Below, one piece after another: positions 28,988-37,632 of a stretch of DNA of 64,000 nucleotides. Positions within the stretch are counted from its first letter, which is position 1. Each line of letters starts with the position of its first letter. The stretch is taken from assembly GCA_029259745.1 (NCBI GenBank), contig JAJDEO010000013.1:1-64000 (forward strand). The letters are read 5' to 3'. The notes beneath the pieces were generated by a model that was given only the letters and a program-made list of their open reading frames with translations, ran no database searches and was not told the origin of the DNA. A program made the position numbers and the translations under genes. This DNA is from Planctomycetota bacterium (GTDB taxonomy: Bacteria > Planctomycetota > B15-G4).

Positions 28988-30149
28988 GAGCGTGCCACTC
29001 GGTAGGTACGGGTAGACGTTCCACAGACCGTTGAACTCCGCGGCATCGTCTTGCGGGTACGTGTCGAAGAAGGCCGTCGACGGGCGCCGTCGGGTTCGAG
29101 GCGTCGAAGACCCGCAGACCGCTGCGGTAGTTCGCCTCGAAGATTTGCGTGCCCTTGGTGTAGAGGTTGTGGTCGATCGCCGTCAGACCGGTCGTGAACG
29201 TTCCGACCTGCGTCGGGTTCGAGAGGTTCGAGACGTCCGCGATGCGCGTCGTCGTCAGCGTGCCGAAGGACGTCTCGTCAAGCTCGTCGTTGATGTAGAT
29301 GTACTGGTTGTCCGGCGAGAGCCAGCCTTGGTGACTGAAGACGGGGCTCGAGTAGAAGAGCGTGCTCAGCGTCTGGATGTTGCCCTTGTTCGTGACATCG
29401 AGGATGTCGACACCCGGCGAGCCGCCGCCCGACGATGTCTCCGAGTAGGCGAAGACGATCTGCTTGCCCGCGTTGGGACCACTCGTGTACGTGATGGCCT
29501 GGGCGTCATGGACGTAGCGCGTATCCCAGCTCGTGACGAACTGCGGCGAACTCGGGTTCGAGAGGTCGTAGATCCGGAGACCTTCGGTCGGGTCGCCGCC
29601 GCCTCCCGTGCGATACAAGTAACCCGACGTCTCGTCGATCGCGAGGTTGTGCGTGGCGCTCGTCCCCGGACCGCCGACGGAGCTCAAGAGCTGCACGTTG
29701 CCGTTGTCGATGTCCGACATGTCGACGACCTGGATCCCGTCGCCACCTTCCGACACGTAGTACGCGTGGTCTTGGTAGACCTTGATGTCGCGCCACGAAC
29801 TTCCCACCGCGGAAATGACCTGCACGATGTCCGGCTGACCGGGATCGGTGACTTCGACGAACGCCACGGCGTTGGACGTCCCGATGATCGCGTACTCGCG
29901 ACCCGACGGCGCCGTGTAGCCCCAACAATCTGCGCCCGAGGACCCACCGCCGAGCTGGTCGAGCGGGATCCAGCCGAGGAGCGAGATCCCATTGGCCGGA
30001 AAGACCTCTGGCGTGTCACCTGCCGTGAGCTTGAGCGGCCCCGTGAACGGAGCCTGCCGCGCCGAGATGAACTTGACGCTGTCATGCGCCGCGAGAGTGG
30101 GCGCCAAAGCGCACACGAGGAGAGACGCTGCAACGAGACGGAGGGTCAT
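28977..30149 (-). CDS. N-terminal fragment: choice-of-anchor B family beta-propeller (signal peptide + LVIVD-like repeats)
   Basis: See the pseudogene entry. The last roughly 25 codons before the stop are R-rich and not protein-like. Confidence 0.55.
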   Translation of the reverse strand: MTLRLVAASLLVCALAPTLAAHDSVKFISARQAPFTGPLKLTAGDTPEVFPANGISLLGWIPLDQLGGGSSGADCWGYTAPSGREYAIIGTSNAVAFVEVTDPGQPDIVQVISAVGSSWRDIKVYQDHAYYVSEGGDGIQVVDMSDIDNGNVQLLSSVGGPGTSATHNLAIDETSGYLYRTGGGGDPTEGLRIYDLSNPSSPQFVTSWDTRYVHDAQAITYTSGPNAGKQIVFAYSETSSGGGSPGVDILDVTNKGNIQTLSTLFYSSPVFSHQGWLSPDNQYIYINDELDETSFGTLTTTRIADVSNLSNPTQVGTFTTGLTAIDHNLYTKGTQIFEANYRSGLRVFDASNPTAPVDGLLRHVPARRCRGVQRSVERLPVPTEWHARGQ

Positions 30150-30298
30150 CGGGGCCAGCTCCAGGAGCGGATCGCGAGCCTCGAGTGGTGGAATACGGCC
30201 CGGATATCGGGAGAGAGGGAGCCGTGGACGCGAGGATCGCTGGTCGGGGGAGGACTACAGCTCACACCGCGATGGGCCACCCGTCAAGCTTCGGCCGC

Positions 30299-31597
30299 TC
30301 AGTTGCTTTGCGACGTCAGCCGTGCCGACGCCGGCGCCCGTCGCAGATCGGCGTCCAGAGTCTCGTCTGTCAGCGACGCGAGGAATGCCAAGAGATCGTC
30401 GACCTCCGCCTCCGAGAGGTGCAAGGGAACGAGGATCGTCTCCGTGTGTTCCCCCGGCGCCGCCGCGTTCTCCAGCGTCGAGTAGAACTCGACGACAGCG
30501 CGCAGCGTCGCGATCTGACCCTCGTGCATGTACGGAGCCGTCCTGGCGACATTGCGCAGCGTCGGCGTCTTGAACTCACCCGGCGTACGCCAGCCCATCG
30601 GCGCCAGCGCGAGCTTCCGTCGCCCCTCTTCTCCACCGTCGTCGGCATGGCGGGAGAGACTGTTGAACGGATCCTCGAGCAGGCGACTGATCCCGAGTGG
30701 CCGGCCCGGATCAGACCCTTCGCCCGTCGGGACACGGTTGGCGTGAAACTCGAGATCCGTGAAGTTTGGGCCGTCGTGACACACGAGGCACTGGGCCTTG
30801 CCGACGAACAGCGAGAAGCCGCGCTGGGCCGACTCCGAGAGCGCCGCGACCTTGTCGCGATCCCGCGCGGCCAGGCCTTCGACGAAGACGTCGAACGGTG
30901 CGCGGCGCGAGACGATGCGACGTTGGTAGGCGGCGATCGACTTCCCGACGTTGACGAAGACGTCGTCGATGAGCGCCTGATCGCGCTCCTCCATCGCAGC
31001 CCAGGCGCGCGCATGGGGATGTTCTTCGTCGCCCGCGACGGGACGGGCGTCAGCCGGGAAGCGCGCGCCGTCCGCGAGATCGGGAAGCGCACCGAAGAGT
31101 TCTTCGTACGCGGAACGAAGATCGTCGTCGTCGTGGACGACGTGCGCCACGGCCAGTCGGCTCGTCCCGTGCTCACGCGGATCCTCGAATGGCGCCAAGG
31201 CCTGCGACCACAGCGTGTCCTTGCGTCCGGCCCAGAAGAACCAGCGGTTGTAGGCCACGTTCCAGAGGGTCAGCGTGTGGCGCGGGTGGTGAGCGATGGC
31301 TTTCGCGAGGCGCCGCCCGTCACCCCAGCCACGAGCAGGGTCATGGCACGTGGCGCAGGAGACATCGCCCGTCCCCGAGAGCCGCTCATCGAAGAACAAC
31401 GCCTGCCCGAGTCGAGCCGCGGCTGGGTCGTCTGCGACACGGTTCGTCGGTGAGGGCGGTACCGGCGGGAGCGGCGAGAGTTCAAGCGCGATCGCGACCT
31501 CTTGTCCCGTGAGTAAGTGACTTGGCGCCGTCGGGGAGCGCGTCACGAACCAGAGGGCAACGACAAGCAGGACACTGAAGGAGATGAGTGTGCGCAT
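30299..31597 (-). CDS. di-heme cytochrome c peroxidase (CCP/MauG family)
   Basis: Two heme sites, CATCHD and CLVCHDG. The TPTLRNVARTAPYMHEG motif is present. N-terminal signal/TM region. Confidence 0.85.
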   Translation of the reverse strand: MRTLISFSVLLVVALWFVTRSPTAPSHLLTGQEVAIALELSPLPPVPPSPTNRVADDPAAARLGQALFFDERLSGTGDVSCATCHDPARGWGDGRRLAKAIAHHPRHTLTLWNVAYNRWFFWAGRKDTLWSQALAPFEDPREHGTSRLAVAHVVHDDDDLRSAYEELFGALPDLADGARFPADARPVAGDEEHPHARAWAAMEERDQALIDDVFVNVGKSIAAYQRRIVSRRAPFDVFVEGLAARDRDKVAALSESAQRGFSLFVGKAQCLVCHDGPNFTDLEFHANRVPTGEGSDPGRPLGISRLLEDPFNSLSRHADDGGEEGRRKLALAPMGWRTPGEFKTPTLRNVARTAPYMHEGQIATLRAVVEFYSTLENAAAPGEHTETILVPLHLSEAEVDDLLAFLASLTDETLDADLRRAPASARLTSQSN

Positions 31598-31600
31598 GTC

Positions 31601-32026
31601 TCAGAGGTCGACGACGAAGGAAACGGTCTCGGCGACGTCGCCGGCGCGCAGGTCGAAATGGAGGTCCCAGCGCCCGCGCATGTGCAGCAGCAGCCCCTCC
31701 ACGCGATAGCGCCCCGCGCCCATGTCGCGCACCGGCGGCGTGCGCACCATGCCGTGGCCGTGGTCGGGCATCCACCCGCGCACGGCGACGTCGAGCCCCG
31801 CCGCGGGCTCGCCGTCCAAATCGACGGCGACGTCGAGATCGCGACTCTCGTTGCGGGCCAGCGGCATGCCGGTCGACCGCCACGCGACGGAGAAGCGGCC
31901 CTCGCCCGCAGCGCTTGTCACCCACTGCTCGGACGGCGCAAGCGCGTCATCCGCGCACGCTCCGAGCACCATGACGATCGCGGCAGCGAGCCCCGAGACC
32001 GTCCAACGTCGCACCGAGTTCAGCAT
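31601..32026 (-). CDS. lipoprotein with FixH/YtkA-like domain
   Basis: Lipobox VMVLGAC. The GWMPDHGHGM motif resembles YtkA/FixH-like metal-binding domains. The stop lies 4 nt upstream of the CCP start, suggesting co-transcription. Confidence 0.45.
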   Translation of the reverse strand: MLNSVRRWTVSGLAAAIVMVLGACADDALAPSEQWVTSAAGEGRFSVAWRSTGMPLARNESRDLDVAVDLDGEPAAGLDVAVRGWMPDHGHGMVRTPPVRDMGAGRYRVEGLLLHMRGRWDLHFDLRAGDVAETVSFVVDL

Positions 32027-32061
32027 GGCCCCATCCTTCCTGAGAGTTGGACGTCTCGCCA

Positions 32062-32160
32062 GCCCGGGCTGTCAGGGAGAGCGTCGCGAAGCCGCAGCTG
32101 GGCCCATGCTGGCAAAGCGAAGCGACCTCTCTGACGTGATTCAACCCCCGAGGATCAGGG
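32062..32160 (+). repeat. MITE-like repeat, copy E (5' half only, 3'-truncated)
   Basis: CCCGGGCTGTCAGGGAGAGCGTCGCGAAGCCGCAGCTGGGCCCATGCTGGCAAAGCGAAGCGACCTCTCTGAC...GAGGATCAG aligns with the left half of copies A-C. The right TIR is absent. Confidence 0.5.
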
Positions 32161-32300
32161 GCGCGGCCCGTGCGGATTGCTTGCCCGTCGCGCGGGCCGC
32201 GCTCGCGACACACGCACCGTCACAAGCCCGACATCTCGGCGCTGAAATCTCGCTCGACGAATCGAAACAATGCCCCATTGCACTCGACGGAGGAGTCCCC

Positions 32301-33950
32301 ATGCGCGCTCTCGGCCTGACCATCGCCGCCGCACTCGCCCTCGCACCCGCCAGCCACGCCGCACCCGACGAGTGGACACACCTCGCCAGCGCGCAGATCG
32401 CGAGCGGCCGCGAACTCTGGGACAGTCCCCTGGGCCGACCGATCCGAGCCGCGCTCGAAGCTGAGGAAGACGTTCGCAAGCTGCGCGCCGGCTTCCAGCT
32501 GGCCACGCGCGTCCCGCTCGAGCGCGCTCTCGACGCCCTGCTCGGTGGACCGCTCGACATCGAGGTCCACGTGGCACAACAGTCGCGCTCACGCCTGCAG
32601 GACGGCGAGCGTTCGGACCCGCACGTGATTCTCCGCGCGCGGACCGAACGCGGCGAGGACACACGCAAGCTACTCGACTCGACACTCGCCATGGTGCAGC
32701 AGCACGAGCGCGTGCGCCGCGCGACGTTCCGCGGCGTCGACTACGCTCGCATCGGCGACGACGTCCTCTGCTGCGTCGTCGGCGACACGCTCCTCCTCTC
32801 CTCGCACGACGACCTTCTCGCCGCGGCCATCGACGCGCTTCTCGACGGCGACGCCGGCCCGCCGCAGCGCCACGCCCCCGGCGTCCACTTCCGGGCCCAG
32901 CGCCCCGACGGAGCACTGGCAACCGACGGCTCCAGCGCACGCGAGCCACTCGCGAACCTGCTCTTCGCCGGACTCATCGACATCGCATCCGGCGCCCAGA
33001 GCCTCGACGCTCACCTGACATGGACCGACGAAGAGCTCGTCCTCGACGCCCTCATCGACACAGACGCCGAGCCGGCCGTCTCGCCCTACGCGCCGCTCGC
33101 CACGACAGCGACATCCATCCCGACGACATCACACACGCTCGGCATCTTCTTCGCCCGGCGCGATCTCGCCGAATGGTGGCGCCGGCGCGAGACGCTGATG
33201 TCGATGGATGTCCAGAAGCAGCTCGCGAAGTTCGACGCCGACATGACCACGCTCTTCTCCGGGCAGGACCTCGCGGAGGACGTCTTCGCGCGACTGGGCG
33301 ACGCGTGGGCGCTCGTCGTCGGCCGTCAGGACTTCGCCCTCGCCGACCGCGCACCCGACGTCCGACTGCCGGGATTCTGCCTCGTGGCACGCATCCGCGA
33401 GGGTGAGGAAGCCGCGCTGAAAGCAACGATGCGCGTCGCGTTCCAGTCCGTCCTCGGCTTCGTCAACGCCGATCGTGGCGAGAAGGGACTGGCGCCGTTC
33501 CTGGTCGACGCAGATGTCCACGACGGTGTCCCTGTTTACGCCGCGCGCCTGCTGCCCGACCTCGGACGCACCGGCGTGGCGCCGGGATCGCTCGAGTTCA
33601 ACTTCACGCCCAGCCTGGCGCTCGTCGACGATTGGCTCTTGCTCGGGTCCTCGGCCGAACAGGTCAAACGGCTCGTGTCGTCGATCGGGTCCGACGATGT
33701 CGAGGCGCTGTCGAGCAACACGACACTAGACGTCGACGTCTCTCGATCGCTCGCACTCGCGCACGAGAACCGCAGCGCACTCGTGGCGCAGACGGTGCTC
33801 GAGAAAGGTCTCGACGTCGTCGCGGCTGCGCAGGAGATCGACATGCTGTTCGACCTCGCCGGGCTGCTCGACCGACTGCGCGTCGACGTCACGCCGGGCA
33901 GCGAAGGCCTCGCGCTGCGCCTGACCCTCGACGCGGCCGCCAACCGATGA
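32301..33950 (+). CDS. secreted hypothetical protein (first gene of a DUF1800/DUF1501 operon)
   Basis: ATG 32301 is preceded by GGAGG. Signal peptide MRALGLTIAAALALAPASHA. The stop overlaps the DUF1800 start (ATGA). The longer ORF from 31722 is rejected as a non-protein-like N-extension. Confidence 0.55.
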   Translation: MRALGLTIAAALALAPASHAAPDEWTHLASAQIASGRELWDSPLGRPIRAALEAEEDVRKLRAGFQLATRVPLERALDALLGGPLDIEVHVAQQSRSRLQDGERSDPHVILRARTERGEDTRKLLDSTLAMVQQHERVRRATFRGVDYARIGDDVLCCVVGDTLLLSSHDDLLAAAIDALLDGDAGPPQRHAPGVHFRAQRPDGALATDGSSAREPLANLLFAGLIDIASGAQSLDAHLTWTDEELVLDALIDTDAEPAVSPYAPLATTATSIPTTSHTLGIFFARRDLAEWWRRRETLMSMDVQKQLAKFDADMTTLFSGQDLAEDVFARLGDAWALVVGRQDFALADRAPDVRLPGFCLVARIREGEEAALKATMRVAFQSVLGFVNADRGEKGLAPFLVDADVHDGVPVYAARLLPDLGRTGVAPGSLEFNFTPSLALVDDWLLLGSSAEQVKRLVSSIGSDDVEALSSNTTLDVDVSRSLALAHENRSALVAQTVLEKGLDVVAAAQEIDMLFDLAGLLDRLRVDVTPGSEGLALRLTLDAAANR

Positions 33951-35227
33951 CGCCAGCGACCGACGCACTCACACCGACGAGCCTCCGCCGCGCCGAAGAG
34001 GCGCTGCTCCCCTACCGACCCGACGTCGACGGCCCGTTCGGCGCCCAGCAAGCGGGACATGCCGTTCGACGGATCCAATTTGGCGGCCCGATCTCACTGC
34101 GTCACGAAGTCGAAGCCTGGGGGCCGGTCCGCGCGAGCGTCGAACTCACGCGACTCGACGCCGACACGCGCGACCACCGTGCATTGCTCGAGGCACTCGA
34201 CATGCTCGCAGGCGTCGAGGACCTCACCACGGCCCAGTCGATCTGGCTGACGCGCATGCTCCGCTCGCCGCGCCCCTTCGAGGAGAAGCTGGCCGTCTTC
34301 TGGCACGGACACTTCGCCACGTCCGTCACCAAGGTGCAACGCACGCGCCTCATGGTCGAGCAGGTCGACACGCTGCGACGCCTCGGCCCCGGCGACTTCG
34401 GCACGCTTGCCAAGGCCGTCAGCCGCGACCCGGCCATGATCCTGTGGCTCGACGGGAACACGAACCGGCGCCACCAACCCAACGAGAACTACGCGCGCGA
34501 ACTGCTCGAGCTCTTCTGCCTCGGACACGGCAACTACAGCGAGCGCGACGTCCTCGAGGCCGCGCGCGCGCTCAGCGGTTGGCACGAGTCGGCCGGGCGC
34601 TTTCGTTTCATCGCCGCAGAGCACGATGGCGGCGCGAAGACGGTGCTGGGGCGCAGCGGGTCACTCGGGGGTGATGACGTCGTCGAGGCGTGCCTCGACC
34701 ACCCCGCCTGCGCGCGCTGGATCGCGAGTCGACTGCTGCGCTTCTTCGTGCATCCCGAACCCGGCGCGACACTCATCGACGCTGCCGCCGACCTCTATCG
34801 CGCCGAGGGCCACGACACGCTCGCCTTCCTGCGCACGGTCTTCGCGAGTCGCGCGTTCTACGCGCCGCGTGCCTACCGCGCTCTCATCAAGAGCCCCGTC
34901 GAGCTCGCCGTCGGCGCCGGACGCACCTTCACGACGCCGCTGGAAACGAAGGCGCTCGCAGCACGTCTCGAGAGCCTCGGTCAGAGCCTCTACTCCCCGC
35001 CGAGCGTCAAAGGTTGGGACGGCGGACAGACGTGGCTCAACACAGCAACACTGATCGGTCGCCTTCAGCTCGCCGCCACGATCACGGCGTCGCCCGAGTC
35101 CGATGACGCCGTCGACGCCCTGCTCGACGATCAGCTTCCCGACGCGATCCGGTCGACGCTCCCACCGCCCGGATCACGCCGGCACGTCACGAGCGTGATG
35201 TCACTTCCGGAGGTCCAACTCGCATGA
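33947..35227 (+). CDS. DUF1800 family protein
   Basis: FWHGHFATS, ILWLDGNTNRRHQPNENYARELLELFCLGHGNYSERDV and YSPPSVKGWDGGQTWLN motifs are characteristic of DUF1800. Confidence 0.8.
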   Translation: MTPATDALTPTSLRRAEEALLPYRPDVDGPFGAQQAGHAVRRIQFGGPISLRHEVEAWGPVRASVELTRLDADTRDHRALLEALDMLAGVEDLTTAQSIWLTRMLRSPRPFEEKLAVFWHGHFATSVTKVQRTRLMVEQVDTLRRLGPGDFGTLAKAVSRDPAMILWLDGNTNRRHQPNENYARELLELFCLGHGNYSERDVLEAARALSGWHESAGRFRFIAAEHDGGAKTVLGRSGSLGGDDVVEACLDHPACARWIASRLLRFFVHPEPGATLIDAAADLYRAEGHDTLAFLRTVFASRAFYAPRAYRALIKSPVELAVGAGRTFTTPLETKALAARLESLGQSLYSPPSVKGWDGGQTWLNTATLIGRLQLAATITASPESDDAVDALLDDQLPDAIRSTLPPPGSRRHVTSVMSLPEVQLA

Positions 35228-36423
35228 CGCACACCACCCACACCATGCACCCGAACCGCCGCGCACTGCTCGCCGCGCTTGCCGCCACGCCGCTGGCCGC
35301 CGCACTCCCGTGGACGCAGGCACCGTCTTCGGCTCGGCCACGCGACCGCGTGCTCGTCGTCGTTCAACTCACAGGCGGCAACGACGGACTCAACACCGTC
35401 GTGCCTTACCGTGACCCGCGCTACCGAGCCGCCCGGCCTGTGCTCGCCCACGCGGCCGACGCCGTGCTTCCGCTCGACGAGCACAACGCCCTCCACCCCG
35501 CACTCGGCGGACTGGCAGAGCTGTGGGCCGACGACCAACTCGCGGTCGTCCACGGTGTCGGCACACCGCAGCCCGATCGCTCGCACTTCCGATCCATGGA
35601 GATCTGGCACACGGCGAGCACGTCGCCCGACGTCCCGCACGAGGGTTGGATCGGGCGCCTCGCAGCCAGCCGTGCACACGCAGGTCGCGCGCTGCCGTTC
35701 GCGCGGCTCGGCGGGCGTGATCTCCCGCTTGCCCTGGCCGGCGCCCCGGCTCAGATCCCCGCGATCCCCTCCATGGCCGAGCTCGACCTCAGCTCACTCG
35801 GGTCGCCCGCGGAGCGACGCGCGCTCGAGACGCTTTGCACGTCGCACGAGGGCCGCACGGGACTCACCGCGGACATCGCGTCGCTCATGAGCTCGACGTT
35901 CGCGAATGCGCGGCAGCTCGCTTCGGTGGACGTCGGGGCCTCGGACGCCTTCGGCAACTCACAGATCGGACGTTCGTTGGCACTCGCGGCTTGGGTCATT
36001 CACGCCGACGTCGGCGCCCGCGTGCTCTACGTCACGCAGGACGGCTACGACACGCACTCGAAGCAATCGAAGCCGCACGCGGCACTCCTGGGCGACCTCG
36101 ACCGCGCGCTGACGAGCTTCGTCCAGCAACTCGGCGAACAAGGCAACGGCGAACACGTCGCGACGCTGGTCTTCTCCGAGTTCGGCCGACGGGTTCGCGA
36201 GAACGCCTCGGCGGGCACCGACCATGGCGCGGGGAACTCGGCGTTGCTCGTCGGATCACCGGTGCGCCGCACGATCCACGGCCCGCGCCCAGACCTCGAT
36301 CGCGACGACGTGCCCGTCACGACCGACTTCCGTTCGCTGTACGCCACGGCGCTCGAATGGCTCGGCGAAGACCCACGTCAGGCCCTTCCCGGACGCCATT
36401 CGAGCCTGCCGCTGTTCACCTGA
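35224..36423 (+). CDS. DUF1501 family protein with twin-arginine (Tat) signal
   Basis: Tat signal NRRALLAALAATPLAAALPW. VVQLTGGNDGLNTVVPY, FRSMEIWHTAS and SEFGRRVRENASAGTDHGAGN are typical of DUF1501 (sulfatase-like fold). ATGA coupling with DUF1800. Confidence 0.8.
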   Translation: MTHTTHTMHPNRRALLAALAATPLAAALPWTQAPSSARPRDRVLVVVQLTGGNDGLNTVVPYRDPRYRAARPVLAHAADAVLPLDEHNALHPALGGLAELWADDQLAVVHGVGTPQPDRSHFRSMEIWHTASTSPDVPHEGWIGRLAASRAHAGRALPFARLGGRDLPLALAGAPAQIPAIPSMAELDLSSLGSPAERRALETLCTSHEGRTGLTADIASLMSSTFANARQLASVDVGASDAFGNSQIGRSLALAAWVIHADVGARVLYVTQDGYDTHSKQSKPHAALLGDLDRALTSFVQQLGEQGNGEHVATLVFSEFGRRVRENASAGTDHGAGNSALLVGSPVRRTIHGPRPDLDRDDVPVTTDFRSLYATALEWLGEDPRQALPGRHSSLPLFT

Positions 36424-36432
36424 CAGCGAGCG

Positions 36433-36795
36433 TCAGTCGTCGCGCTCGACCTCGATCACGGTCCCGTCGGACAACACCTCGACCTCCCAGCGTTCGCCGT
36501 TCAGCGTGCCTTCGAGGTCGTAGACGGTCCCTGACGCGGAGCCTTCCGTCTCGGCGGCGTCGAACGTCACGCCGGGGAGCGCGGCCAGAGCGGCGTCCAT
36601 GACATGGCGCGGCACGGCACTGAGCGCGATCGGCGTGTCGTCGTCATCGAGATCGTCGTCGGCGACGTCATCGTCGACAACGGCGGCCGCTGGCGTCACG
36701 GCATCGGGACCGGACGGCCCGTCGTCGTGCAGGAGGAACGGAACGATCACAGCTGCGACGGCTCCAAGAGCCATCATCCATCGACTAGACCTCAT
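36433..36795 (-). CDS. small secreted PepSY-like domain protein
   Basis: RBS GAGGAGAG. Signal peptide MRSSRWMMALGAVAAVIVPF. Acidic linker, then YDLEGTLNGERWEVEVLSDGTVIEVE, which is PepSY-like. It is the last gene of the HK/RR operon. Confidence 0.5.
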   Translation of the reverse strand: MRSSRWMMALGAVAAVIVPFLLHDDGPSGPDAVTPAAAVVDDDVADDDLDDDDTPIALSAVPRHVMDAALAALPGVTFDAAETEGSASGTVYDLEGTLNGERWEVEVLSDGTVIEVERDD

Positions 36796-36838
36796 AGAAC
36801 TCTCCTCGTCATCTTGGGATCGACCCACGTCGCGAGTT

Positions 36839-37591
36839 TCAGAACTCGAGCTCGCTCTCGAGATCGACTTCGCTCAGTGTCGTGTCGAAGAGCTTCGTCT
36901 TGCTGCCGTCGGCCTTCTCTTTGACATTCCCGACGCCGGGAACGACCCAGCGAAACTCATGATCGTCGCCGTTGTCGGAACTCGACTCGCGCAGCTTCAC
37001 CGACCACTGGTACTTCCCCGACGGCACCTTCACCCGATCACCGACCGACACGACGGTCAGCACTTCGTCGGAGTGCGGGAAGTCCTCTTGCTTGAAGACG
37101 TCACCCTCGGCGAGTGTGGCCGGCATGTACATCTGTGGACCGGCGGCGTTGTAGACCGTCGGTGGATCGGTCGCCTGTGTCGCGCCACCGACGATCCAGC
37201 TGTCGCTCTCGACGTTCACTGGCACACCGTCGGCGTACTCGATCGACACCTCACCGAACGAGCGCACGTTGCCGGCGTCGTCCTGCGCGAGATAGTGCAG
37301 CGTGATCTCGGCCAATGAGCCCGCCTCGAACTCCTTCTCCTCGAGCGTGCAACACGACACGGCGACACCACCGAGCTGGAAGACACGAACATCGTCGAGG
37401 TGATTGATGACCGTTGTCGTCCGCTTGCCCTCACGACGACCGTGAAAGATCTTCACAGCGCCATGATCGAACGGCGCGAAGACGTTGGTGATCGCTGTCG
37501 GGTTGCTGAAGGTCTCGTCGAGCCCCTGACCTGCGAGGTCGGGCGCGGAGAGCGCGAGACCGATCACCAGCAGAGAACATGAATGACGCAT
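36839..37591 (-). CDS. secreted hypothetical protein (lower-GC composition)
   Basis: Signal peptide MRHSCSLLVIGLALSAPDLAGQ. No recognisable domain. Codon usage is visibly less GC-biased than that of its neighbours. Confidence 0.5.
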   Translation of the reverse strand: MRHSCSLLVIGLALSAPDLAGQGLDETFSNPTAITNVFAPFDHGAVKIFHGRREGKRTTTVINHLDDVRVFQLGGVAVSCCTLEEKEFEAGSLAEITLHYLAQDDAGNVRSFGEVSIEYADGVPVNVESDSWIVGGATQATDPPTVYNAAGPQMYMPATLAEGDVFKQEDFPHSDEVLTVVSVGDRVKVPSGKYQWSVKLRESSSDNGDDHEFRWVVPGVGNVKEKADGSKTKLFDTTLSEVDLESELEF

Positions 37592-37632
37592 GGAACGGTC
37601 TCCCGAACGCGAGGGTGGCTACTGCGCGAAGC

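Larger units (their letters stand above)
27704..30149 (-). pseudogene. choice-of-anchor B (LVIVD-repeat beta-propeller) + choice-of-anchor J (MAM-like) + conserved CTD protein, interrupted by a single-nucleotide frameshift near 29072-29082
   Basis: N-terminal ORF (28977..30149) has a signal peptide and ADCWGY, SWRDIKVYQDHAYYVSEGG, GLRIYDLSNPSSP and GLRVFDASNPTAP blades, then runs into R-rich junk and a stop. The -1 frame continues as FFDTYPQDDAAEFNGLWNVYPYLPSGTLVGSDIEKG... into ORF 27704..28987 (GTG start). The shift is at the GGCGCCCGTCGACGGCC run. Confidence 0.55.

Noticed and set aside
29060-29095. Programmed ribosomal frameshift in the choice-of-anchor B/J gene
   Set aside because: There is no slippery heptamer or downstream pseudoknot-like structure. 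The shift sits in a G/C homopolymer-rich run, so an indel (pseudogene or sequencing error) is more parsimonious. It is kept as a finding to verify.
31722-32300. 193-codon N-terminal extension of ORF 31722..33950
   Set aside because: It overlaps the antisense of the FixH-like gene and MITE copy E and is R/A/S-rich. ATG 32301 with GGAGG begins a signal peptide.
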